Assembly: GCA_963707025.1 (NCBI GenBank)
Contig: CAVPOM010000006.1
Span: forward strand, 737,191-801,190
DNA from: an uncultured Verrucomicrobiae bacterium
GTDB taxonomy: Bacteria > Verrucomicrobiota > Verrucomicrobiia > Limisphaerales > Palsa-1400
Direction: 5' to 3'
DNA length: 64,000 bases
The translations under genes were made by a program, and so were the position numbers. This document shows positions 1 through 8,764 of the stretch, one piece after another. Numbering within the stretch: the first letter of the stretch is position 1; each line of letters opens with the position of its first letter. The notes below the pieces were generated by a model that had not been told where the DNA came from, searched no databases, and saw nothing but the letters and a program-made list of their open reading frames with translations.

Positions 1-2122
1 GTGGATGTCGGCTGGGGCGACTTGATCTTTCACCTGGGTGACGATCCCGGCACCCGCAGCATCGTCATTTACATGGAAACCATCGGCGACGCCCGCGCCT
101 TCCTCTCCGCGGCCCGGGAAGTTGCCCTGACCAAGCCCATCATCGTCATCAAGCCCGGCCGCAGTTCCGCGGCGGCCAAGGCGGCTGCCTCGCACACCGG
201 CTCATTGACCGGCAGTGACGAGGTGTTGCAGGCGGCCTTCCAGCGCGCCGGGGTGTTGCGGGTCGAGAACATCTCCGAGTTGTTCGACATGGCCGAAGTT
301 CTTTCCAAGCAGCCGCGTCCCCGGGGCCCGCACCTGACGCATCATCACCAATGCCGGCGGTCCGGCCGTGCTGGCCACGGACATGCTGATCACCGGCGGC
401 GGCCAGTTGGCGGAACTGACGCCCGAAACGATGGCGGCCTACAACCAGATTCTGCCCCCTACCTGGAGCCATAACAACCCGGTGGACATCATTGGCGACG
501 CCGGCCCGGAATTATACGCCAAGGCGGTGGACCTTGCGGCCAAAGACCCGAATACCGATGGCTTGCTGGTGATCCTGACGCCCCAAGCCATGACGGATGC
601 GACCGCGACGGCCGAGCAACTCAAGCCCTTCGCCCGCCTGGAAGACAAACCGATCCTGGCCAGTTGGATGGGGGCGGACGAAGTGGAGGGGGGGGAGGAC
701 ATTCTCAACGCCGCCAATGTGCCGACCTTTAAATATCCGGACCGGGCGGCCCGGGCCTTCTGTTACATGTGGCGCTACACGCAGAACCTCCGCGCCCTCT
801 ACGAAACTCCCGTGGCGGCGCCCGAATCGGAGGATGTGGCCAGCGCGCGCCACGACGCCGACGCCATGCTCAAGGCCATTCGCCACCAGGGACGCAGCCT
901 GCTGACTGAATTTGAGTCCAAGCAACTTCTGGCCGCGCATGGCATCCCTACTGTGGAAACCCATGTCGCCGCCACTGAGGCCGAAGCCGTGGGGCACGCC
1001 ACCCGCTTGGGTTTTCCCGTCGTGCTCAAGCTCTACTCGGAAACCATCAGCCATAAGACCGACGTCGGCGGCGTGCAGTTGAACCTGCGCAATGCGACCT
1101 CGGTGCGCCGCGCCTGGCACGCCATTCAAAACTCCGTCGTGGCCAAGGCCGGCGAGGAACATTTCCTGGGCGTGACGGTCCAGCCGATGATCAAATTGGA
1201 GGGCTACGAGTTGATCATCGGCAGCAGCATTGATCCGCAGTTCGGACCGGTGCTGTTGTTTGGCGCTGGCGGTCAGTTGGTGGAAGTCTCCAAGGACCGC
1301 GCCCTGGCTTTGCCGCCGCTCAATGCCACCCTGGCCCGGCGCATGATGGAGGGCACCCGCATCCTCACCGCCTTAAAGGGCGTCCGTGGGCGCGCCGCGG
1401 TGGATGTGCCCGCGCTGGAACAATTGCTGGTGCGCTTCAGCGAGCTGGTGGTGGCGCATCCGTGGATCAAGGAAATTGACATCAATCCGCTCATCGCCGC
1501 GCCCGGACGCCTCCTGGCCCTGGACGCGCGCGTGGTGCTGCACCCGCCCACGACCCCGGAAACGGCGCTGCCCACTCCCGCCATCCGGCCCTATCCGGTG
1601 CAATACGTCGGGGTGTGGAAATCGAAGAACAAAAAGCGCATCGTCATCCGGCCCATCCGTCCGGAAGACGAACCCTTGATGGTGAAGTTCCACCAAACCC
1701 TCTCCGAACAAAGCGTCTATCAACGCTATTTCAGCGTCCTGCAATTGTCGCAGCGCACCGCCCACGAACGGCTGACGCGGATTTGTTTCAATGATTACGA
1801 CCGCGAGATCGCGCTGGTGGCCGAACACCGGGAAACCCCGGGGGCGGAACCGTGCATTCTGGGCGTCGGGCGCTTGAGCAAGCTGCACGGCGTGAACGAG
1901 GCCGAATTCGCCCTCCTCGTCAGCGACCCCTGGCAGGGGATCGGGCTGGGCACCGAACTGCTCAGGCGCATCGTGCAGGTCGGCCGCGAGGAGAAACTGA
2001 AACGCCTTATCGGCCACGTTCTGGCGGACAACCACGCCATGAAGCTGGTTTGCCAGCAGGTCGGGTTCAAAGTCGGGCACGAGGCTGATCACCACGATCT
2101 ATTGGCCGAATTCAAGTATTAA
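1..2122 (+). pseudogene. Pat-like bifunctional ADP-forming acyl-CoA synthetase / GNAT acetyltransferase; 5' end lies outside the window; frame interrupted near 335-345
   Basis: ORF 1..474 ([29 protein letters not shown], CoA-ligase-type domain) continues in another frame as ORF 368..2122. The junction reads ...RGPHLT / [16 protein letters not shown]. An ATP-grasp region and a C-terminal GNAT motif (QGIGLGTELL) follow. Confidence 0.8.
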
Positions 2123-2203
2123 CTCATCCGCCGCGCGGGGGAGCGCGCGCCGGGGTGGCCGGCAAGCACCTGCCATGGCGCGGACCGCCGCAAAGATCAA
2201 CCC

Positions 2204-4231
2204 ATGATTCCCAAGCTGACTACTTGCACTTTCTGCGGCACCGGCTGCGGCATTTATTTGGAAACCGAGGGCAACCGGATCGTTGGCGCCTATCCGAGCA
2301 TGTCGCATCCGGCCAACAAAGGGAAGATTTGCCTGCGCGGCTGGCATGTGCATGAAGTGGCCAGTTCCCCGGACCGCGTCTTCAGCCCGCTGCTCCGCAG
2401 GAACGGCCGGTTTGAGAAAGCCTCCTGGGGTGAGGCCCTGGACTTCGTCGCCTCACGCCTCGGGAAAATCCGCGACCAATACGGCCCCGAGTCGGTCGCC
2501 TTCCTCGACTCGCCCCGTTGTTCCAACGAGGAAGCCTACCTCACGCAAAAGCTGGCCCGCACCATCATCGGCACCAACAACGTGGATCACGGCGCCGGTG
2601 TCTATTGCAACAACTCCATCAATGTCCTCCTCGACATGCTCGGCATTGCCGCGGCCACCAACTCCATCGGCGAACTGGCCCGCAGCGGCGTCATCATCGT
2701 GGACGGCGTTGACCTGGGCCGCCAATTGCCGACCATTGGCGGCTGGGTCATTCGCGCAAAACTTAGCGGGACCCGGCTCATCGTCGTGGATTCCCGCCGT
2801 CATCGGGTGGCGGAAAACGCCGACATTTTCCTGCAGATCAAACCCGGCACCGAATCCCTCCTCTACGGCGCCCTGGCCAAGGTCATCGTGGACCGTGGCC
2901 TGCTGGACCTGCCCTTTGTCAAGGCCCGCTGCGAGGGGTGCGAAGCGTTTCTGGCGCGGGTGCGGGATTACGATCTGCTCCAGGCCGCCGAAGGTTGCGG
3001 CGTGCCGGCGGAGTTGATCGAGGAGGCGGCCCTGGCCTACGGCCGGGCGAAGAGCGCGGCCATCCTTTATTCGACCGGGGTGGAAGCCCGCGACGAGGAC
3101 AGTATCCGCGGCATCATCAACCTGGCGCTGCTCACCGGCAACTTGGGCAAGGAAGGGGCGGGCGTGTTCCCCTTGACCGAGCACAATAATTTGCAGGGCG
3201 TGTGCGACATGGGCATGTTGCCGGACCGGTTGCCGGGTTATCAGTCCATCCACAATCCCAAGGCGCGCGCCGCGCTGGAAGGCCTCTGGCGGGCGACGGT
3301 GCCCGCCATGCCGGGGGTGGGAGCCGACACGCTCTTTGCCGGGGGCGGGCGCGCGCCGCTCAAGGCGCTCTGGCTTGGGCGTTATGACCCGATTAGCACG
3401 GCGTTTTTCGGCGACGCCGCCGCCGCGCTGGCCCGCTGCGAACTGGTCGTCGTGCAGCATTTGTTCATGACCGAATCCACCGCCTTCGCCGATGTGGTGC
3501 TGCCGGCCACGGCCTTCGGCGAGGAACGTGTTTCCTTCACCAGCACCGAGAGACGGATTCAAATCGCCGAGCGCGTGATTGACCCGCCCGAGGGTCCCAT
3601 GCCCGCCTGGGAACAACTGACTCGCCTGGCCCGGGCCATGGGCGCCCCCTGGAGTTATGAGTCCGCCGCGGAGGTCATGCGCGAGATCGGGGAGGTCATC
3701 CCCTTCTACAGCGGGGCCAGCCATGACAACTTGATGCGCGATTACGGCCGCCAATGGCCCTGCACCACCGACCGCCCGCTCGGCACCGCGCGTCTGTTTG
3801 CCGGGGATGAAATGGACCGGCCTTTCAAGTTTGTTCCCGTCGCCCGGCCGCCGAAACCGGCCGGAAATCCGGACGGGTTCCCCTTCACTTTGGTCTTCGG
3901 ACATTCCCTTTACTATTGGCATCAAAATGTCCTCATCCGGCACAGTGAGACACTCAAGCGCGAATATCGTCTCCTGTTGCTGGATTATCCGGACGGCTTC
4001 GTCGAGATCAACAGCGACGACGCCAAGCGCCTGGGCATCCGCGACGGCGACCGGATCCGCCTGAGCACGGCCGGCGGCACGCTGACCTCCGCGGCGCGAG
4101 TGACGCCGGAAGTGCGCAGCGGCACGGCGTTTGTTCCGTACTTTGTGCGGCAAATGAAACGGGAAATGCTCGGCCCCACTGGCGACGGCACAGCCCTGGT
4201 TCCGGTGCGCGTGGAAAAGGAGGCGTCATGA
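2204..4231 (+). CDS. Molybdopterin oxidoreductase, formate dehydrogenase H (FdhF)-like catalytic subunit
   Basis: 675-aa intact ORF. N-terminal 4Fe-4S motif CTFCGTGCG...C(43)LRGW and the GTNNVD block typical of FdhF-type Mo/W-bisPGD enzymes. Its stop overlaps the next gene's start (4228/4231). There is no in-frame TGA. Confidence 0.85.
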   Translation: MIPKLTTCTFCGTGCGIYLETEGNRIVGAYPSMSHPANKGKICLRGWHVHEVASSPDRVFSPLLRRNGRFEKASWGEALDFVASRLGKIRDQYGPESVAFLDSPRCSNEEAYLTQKLARTIIGTNNVDHGAGVYCNNSINVLLDMLGIAAATNSIGELARSGVIIVDGVDLGRQLPTIGGWVIRAKLSGTRLIVVDSRRHRVAENADIFLQIKPGTESLLYGALAKVIVDRGLLDLPFVKARCEGCEAFLARVRDYDLLQAAEGCGVPAELIEEAALAYGRAKSAAILYSTGVEARDEDSIRGIINLALLTGNLGKEGAGVFPLTEHNNLQGVCDMGMLPDRLPGYQSIHNPKARAALEGLWRATVPAMPGVGADTLFAGGGRAPLKALWLGRYDPISTAFFGDAAAALARCELVVVQHLFMTESTAFADVVLPATAFGEERVSFTSTERRIQIAERVIDPPEGPMPAWEQLTRLARAMGAPWSYESAAEVMREIGEVIPFYSGASHDNLMRDYGRQWPCTTDRPLGTARLFAGDEMDRPFKFVPVARPPKPAGNPDGFPFTLVFGHSLYYWHQNVLIRHSETLKREYRLLLLDYPDGFVEINSDDAKRLGIRDGDRIRLSTAGGTLTSAARVTPEVRSGTAFVPYFVRQMKREMLGPTGDGTALVPVRVEKEAS

Positions 4232-5304
4232 AGGCGCGCCTGCTGGCCCTGGCCGACGTACTGAAGATTACGGACCTGCTGCGCGGACGCGGCTACGAGG
4301 TCATCGCGCCGTTCTGCGGGCGCGGCCGGGACAGTTACTTCGACACCGTGACCGACGCGAATCGCATGCAGGTGCAGATTCATCTGCCCAATCCGTATTA
4401 CCCTCCCAAGCGCTTTGTCTTTCCGCACATCGAGCGCTTGCTCAAGGTTCGAGGGCCCAACGGTGCCATGAAGATTGAGCCGACTTATGAGGAGCCCCGC
4501 CGCGCCATTTTCGGCATCCGCTCCTGCGATGTCGCCGGCCTGTGGCATCTGGACCGTTTCTACCTGGGCCGTGATTTCCGGGATGTCTATTATGAGAAGC
4601 GCCGCAAGAATCTCTTCCTGGTCAACGTCGTTTGCACCGACCCGGCGCGCGACATTGGCGAGGACTGCTTTTGTCTGTGCGCCGACACCGGACCGGCCGC
4701 GCGCGATCATTTTGACTTGCAGCTCATGGACCTGGGTGACGGTGATTTCATGGCCGTGGCCGGAACGCCGGCTGGCGAAGAACTTTTCTCCGAGCCGATT
4801 TTCCGCCAGGCGACCGCCGCGCATGTGGAACGCCGCCGCGCTCTTCTGGCCGGGGTGCGCCAGCAATTCCGCACCACGACCAGTTGGTTTCCCGCCACCG
4901 TCCGCTACGTTTCGCAGGGCGCGATCCTGGACAAGACCTGGGAGGAAATCGGCAACCGCTGCCTGGAATGCGGCGGCTGCACCTACGTCTGTCCCGCCTG
5001 CACTTGTTTCACCGTGTCCGACCGCCAGGTGGGGCCGGAACAAATCGAGCGCGTGCGGATTTGGGATTCCTGCGCCCTGCGCGGCTTCACGCGCATGGCG
5101 GGCGGTTTCAACCCCCGCCGCGCGGTGCATGACCGCCGCAACCGCCGCTTTTTCCGCAAGCTGGCGTATTACTTCATCCAGCGCGAACTGTCCATGGCCT
5201 GCGTCGGCTGCGGCCGTTGCGCCGCCGTCTGCCACGGCGACATCGGCATGCCCAGCGTCGTGGAGATGATCCGGCGCGCCGCGCCTAAGAATGAGAAGTC
5301 TTAG
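4228..5304 (+). CDS. 4Fe-4S cluster protein, AsrA / sulfhydrogenase beta (HydB)-like
   Basis: 358-aa ORF with the motifs CLECGGCTYVCPACTC and CVGCGRCAAVCHGDIGM. It overlaps both neighbouring genes. Confidence 0.72.
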   Translation: MKARLLALADVLKITDLLRGRGYEVIAPFCGRGRDSYFDTVTDANRMQVQIHLPNPYYPPKRFVFPHIERLLKVRGPNGAMKIEPTYEEPRRAIFGIRSCDVAGLWHLDRFYLGRDFRDVYYEKRRKNLFLVNVVCTDPARDIGEDCFCLCADTGPAARDHFDLQLMDLGDGDFMAVAGTPAGEELFSEPIFRQATAAHVERRRALLAGVRQQFRTTTSWFPATVRYVSQGAILDKTWEEIGNRCLECGGCTYVCPACTCFTVSDRQVGPEQIERVRIWDSCALRGFTRMAGGFNPRRAVHDRRNRRFFRKLAYYFIQRELSMACVGCGRCAAVCHGDIGMPSVVEMIRRAAPKNEKS

Positions 5305-6154
5305 AGCCGAAATGCATCCCACTGACAACATTTATCTGCCCAAGCTGGCGGTCCTGGACCGGGTGGCGGAGGACATCCCGGAAGTGAAGACGTTTTACTG
5401 GCGCTTCGAGGACCCGGCGGCGCAGGCGGAGTTCAAACGCTTCCGCCCGGGACAATTCGCCCAGATTTCCGTGTTCGGCGCGGGCGAATTCCCGGCCTCG
5501 CTTCCGCCCAGCCCGACCGAGGAGGAGACCTTTTTCACCATCCGGCAAGTCGGCAGTTGCACCGCCGCCCTCCATCAACTTAAACCGCGCGACAAATTCG
5601 CGGTGCGCGGCCCTTACGGCAACGGCTTTCCGATGGAGGATTATCAAGGGATGAACCTGACCTTCGTCGCCGGCGGCATCGGGTTGATTCCCTTGCGCTC
5701 CTGCATCGTCTATGCGCTCAAACACCGCTCCAAATACGGGCGGATCCAGGTGTTCTATGGCGCAAAAACTCCCGGCGAACTCATGTACCGGGCGGATTTG
5801 CGGGCGTGGGAGAAGGCCGGCGGCATGGAGTGTCATCTTACCGTGGACCGCGGCGGGGGCGGCTGGACCGGGCATGTCGGCGTAGTGGGCAGCCTCTTCA
5901 AGAAAGCCGGGGTGGACGTGCCGGTGGACAACACCACCGTCTTCGTCTGCGGCCCGCCGGTCATGTTCCGCTTCGTCATCCGGGACCTGCTCGCGCTGGG
6001 TTTCAAGGAGCGCCACATCGTCTCCACTCTGGAGCGTTACATGAAATGCGGGGTGGGCAAGTGCGGCCATTGCTGCATTGGCGTCGCCTATATATGCGTG
6101 GACGGCCCGGTATTCACCTACGAACAAATCAAAAAACTTGGGGAGGACATTTAA
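5291..6154 (+). CDS. FAD/NAD(P)-binding oxidoreductase with a C-terminal Fe-S Cys cluster, AsrB / sulfhydrogenase gamma (HydG) / PyrK-like
   Basis: 287-aa ORF with a ferredoxin-reductase-type fold signature (RPGQFAQISVFG, LTFVAGGIGLIPLRS). C-terminal CGVGKCGHCCIG...CVDGPVF. Confidence 0.78.
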   Translation: MRSLRAEMHPTDNIYLPKLAVLDRVAEDIPEVKTFYWRFEDPAAQAEFKRFRPGQFAQISVFGAGEFPASLPPSPTEEETFFTIRQVGSCTAALHQLKPRDKFAVRGPYGNGFPMEDYQGMNLTFVAGGIGLIPLRSCIVYALKHRSKYGRIQVFYGAKTPGELMYRADLRAWEKAGGMECHLTVDRGGGGWTGHVGVVGSLFKKAGVDVPVDNTTVFVCGPPVMFRFVIRDLLALGFKERHIVSTLERYMKCGVGKCGHCCIGVAYICVDGPVFTYEQIKKLGEDI

Positions 6155-6675
6155 TGCCCGGCCTGCGCGAACAAATTCAGTCCGCTCTTCATGGCCGGGT
6201 CTGTTTCCTGGGCCTGGGCAATGTGGAGGGCGGCGACGACGGTTTGGGAGTGCGGCTGGCGGAAGCGCTGGCCCGCGCCGGGGTGCCCGATGTCCTCGTC
6301 GGCGGAACCGCCCCGGAGCAACTGGCCGGCCGTTGCGTTGCCAGTGGGTTCGACCATCTGGTTTTTCTGGATGCGGTGGATGTTGGCGCCGCGCCCGGCT
6401 CGGTCGTCTTCCTGAATTCAGAGGAAATGGCTGCGCGCTTTCCGCAGATTTCCACCCACCACCTCGCGCTGGGCCTGTTGGCCCGGTATGTTGAATCCAG
6501 CGGCAGGACGCGGGCCTGGCTCCTGGGCGCCCAACCGGCCTCCTTAAAACGCGGGCTGTTGCTTGCGCCCGCCATGCAAACGACCTTGGCCATCCTCACC
6601 GAACTGATTGTGAGTTCTTTTTTGGGCCGCGGTTGTTCCACTCCTAATCTTTATGAATTGGAGCAGATTCCCTGA
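6154..6675 (+). CDS. hycI: [NiFe]-hydrogenase maturation endopeptidase (HycI/HyaD family)
   Basis: The start lies in a TAATG overlap with the upstream stop. The product MPGLREQ...VCFLGLGNVEGGDDGLGVRLAE carries the GxGNxxxxDDGxG motif. It sits inside the hydrogenase operon. Confidence 0.8.
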   Translation: MPGLREQIQSALHGRVCFLGLGNVEGGDDGLGVRLAEALARAGVPDVLVGGTAPEQLAGRCVASGFDHLVFLDAVDVGAAPGSVVFLNSEEMAARFPQISTHHLALGLLARYVESSGRTRAWLLGAQPASLKRGLLLAPAMQTTLAILTELIVSSFLGRGCSTPNLYELEQIP

Positions 6676-6678
6676 AAC

Positions 6679-8678
6679 ATGATGACTCCCGAAAAGGCCG
6701 TGTTTGCGTCCATGCTCGTCTGCATCGCCGGAGCGCTGCTGACGTGGCTGACCGCCCGGAACCGGACGCTGGCGGGCTGGCTCGCCTTCCTGGTGACCGC
6801 CGCGAGTGCGACCCTCGTCTTCCTGGCCGTGGGGACCGTGCTGGCTGGCGGCGCTTCCGCCGGCTCGGAAGCATTTCTCCCGCTGCCGGCGCTGGGTTTC
6901 GCCCTGCGCTTGCATGTGGACGGATTGACCGCGTTGTTCCTGCTGCTGGCGGCGCTGATCGCGGTGCCGGCTTCGTTTTATTCCATTGCCTACATGAGGC
7001 ATTATCCCGATTATGGCGTCGCCCGGTATTATCCCTGGTTCCTCCTGTTCCTGGCGGCGATGTTCGGCCTGCTCAGCACCACGGACATGATGTGGTTCTT
7101 CCTCATTTTCTGGCAGATGATGACTCTGCCCGGCTACGCGCTCATCCGTTTCGAGCACAAAAAACCGGGCAACATTCGCGCGGCCAACAAATTTCTGTGG
7201 ATGATGCAAATCGCATGCGCGGCGACTCTCCTCGGCGCGCAGATTCTGGCCGGCGCGGGCGCCTCTGCCAATGCGGGCATGGGGGTGAAGTATGACTTCG
7301 ACACCGTGAGCGCGAATCTGCCGGCGTTGTTGCACTCCCACCCAGTCCTCACGGCGACGGCCTTCGCGCTGTTCCTCGCCGGTTTTGGCATCAAGATGGG
7401 CATGTGGCCCTTTGGGCAGATATGGCTGCCGGACGCGCACCCCGCGGCGCCTTCCCCGGTCAGCGCGATGCTTTCCGGTGTCATGATCAAGACCGGGGTT
7501 TATGGCCTGATGCGCTATTTCCTCTGGCTGACGCCCGCGCCGGCGCAGGCCGCTTTCCCCTGGGACGCTGGGGTTTGGTGGTGGCGGTGCTTGGGACCAT
7601 CACGCTTTTCACCGGCACCATGCAGGCCCTCAAGCAGGAGCAGACCAAGCGCCTGCTGGCCTTCCACAGCATCGGCCAGGTCGGCTACATCCTGCTCGGT
7701 TTCGGGGCCTGCATGGCGCTGCTGCCGGCCGCAGGACCGGAGGCTGCCACACTGGCGGCCCTGGGCATGACCGGCGCGCTCTTTCACACCCTCAACCACG
7801 GCGTCTTCAAGGCGCTGCTCTTCCTCAACGCCGGCTCCATGCTCCACGCCACCGGCACGCAGGACCTGAACAAAATGGGCGGTTTGCTCAAATACATGCC
7901 GCTGACGGCTGCCACGGCGCTCGTCGCCTCCCTCTCCATTTCCGGCGTGCCCTTGTTCAACGGCTTCGCCAGCAAATGGACGATTTACGTGGCGACGGTG
8001 CAAGGCAGCCATCTGGCCGGCTATCTGGCCGTGTGCGCCGCCATTGCCATCCTGACCAGCGCACTGACCCTGGCCTCGTTCGTCAAGTTCTTTGGGGCCG
8101 GCTTCCTGTCACGCACAAGCGCGCTGGTGAAGGAGAAGGCCGCCTGCCGGCGCCGGCTGGAGGTTGGGATGATCATGCAATTACCGCAGTTGATGCTGGC
8201 GCTGATCTGCCTGCTGCTGGGGATCATGCCGGCCATTGCCTGCAGCCTGATTCAGAGCGCGCTGGCGGCAAGCCCTCATGGTTTTGGCCAGGCCCTCGGC
8301 CGCGCGGTGCCTGCCCCAGGCAACCTGTGGGCCGGCCTGTCCGGGACCGGGTTGCGTTGCCTGTTCGTTCCGCTGGCCTTGCTGGCCGTCCTGGCGCTGG
8401 CGCTTTTTGCGGCCGGGTTTATTTCAAAGCTCGGCGGCGCGCCGCGCCGCGCCTCGCCTCCCTGGCTTTGCGGCTACGCGCGCGAGGCGGAATGCAACCG
8501 TTACGTGGCGCACGGCTTTTACGGCGAGATCAAACGTTATTTCCGCTGGCTCGGCGGCGCACCCGCGCCGCAGCACGAATCCTCTCCTAATCCTAATCTT
8601 AATCCTAATCTTAATCTTAATCCTAATCGTAATCTTAATCCTAATCGTAATCCGAATGAATCCCGTCTTCGACCATGA
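6679..8678 (+). pseudogene. hyfB: Hydrogenase-4 component B / formate hydrogenlyase subunit 3 (NuoL/ND5-like membrane subunit); frame interrupted near 7555-7575
   Basis: ORF 6679..7770 is homologous up to ...MIKTGVYGLMRYFLWL. Homology continues in ORF 7404..8678 from ...WGLVVAVLGTITLFTGTMQALKQEQTKRLLAFHSIGQVGYILLG. The C-terminal tail (P/L/R)N x12 is encoded by the hexamer array. Confidence 0.85.
8586..8657 (+). repeat. Tandem hexanucleotide array, 12 units of CYTAAT-type (cctaat/cttaat/cgtaat/ccgaat)
   Basis: Read directly from the sequence: cctaat cctaat cttaat cctaat cttaat cttaat cctaat cgtaat cttaat cctaat cgtaat ccgaat. It lies inside the 3' end of the hyfB reading frame. Confidence 0.95.
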
Positions 8679-8695
8679 AAAGCTACAAAAAGGAG

Positions 8696-8725
8696 ATTAA
8701 GATTAAGATTATGATTAAGATTAAG
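8696..8725 (+). repeat. Inverted partner array, 5 units ATTAAG (attaag attaag attatg attaag attaag) flanked by AGGAG on both sides
   Basis: ATTAAG is the reverse complement of CTTAAT. The array lies 38 nt downstream of the first array and 35-70 nt upstream of the hycE start (8765). Confidence 0.95.
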
Positions 8726-8764
8726 AGGAGCAGAGACCCATGCGCCTTTTGAAGGAACCTTGAA

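Noticed and set aside
2204-4231. Selenocysteine (in-frame TGA plus SECIS) in the FdhF-like gene
   Set aside because: The ORF is continuous with no in-frame TGA. The position aligned to Sec is Tyr.
8586-8730. Possible CRISPR array
   Set aside because: The repeat unit is only 6 nt, there are no spacers, and no cas genes are present. It is a simple-sequence repeat, not CRISPR.
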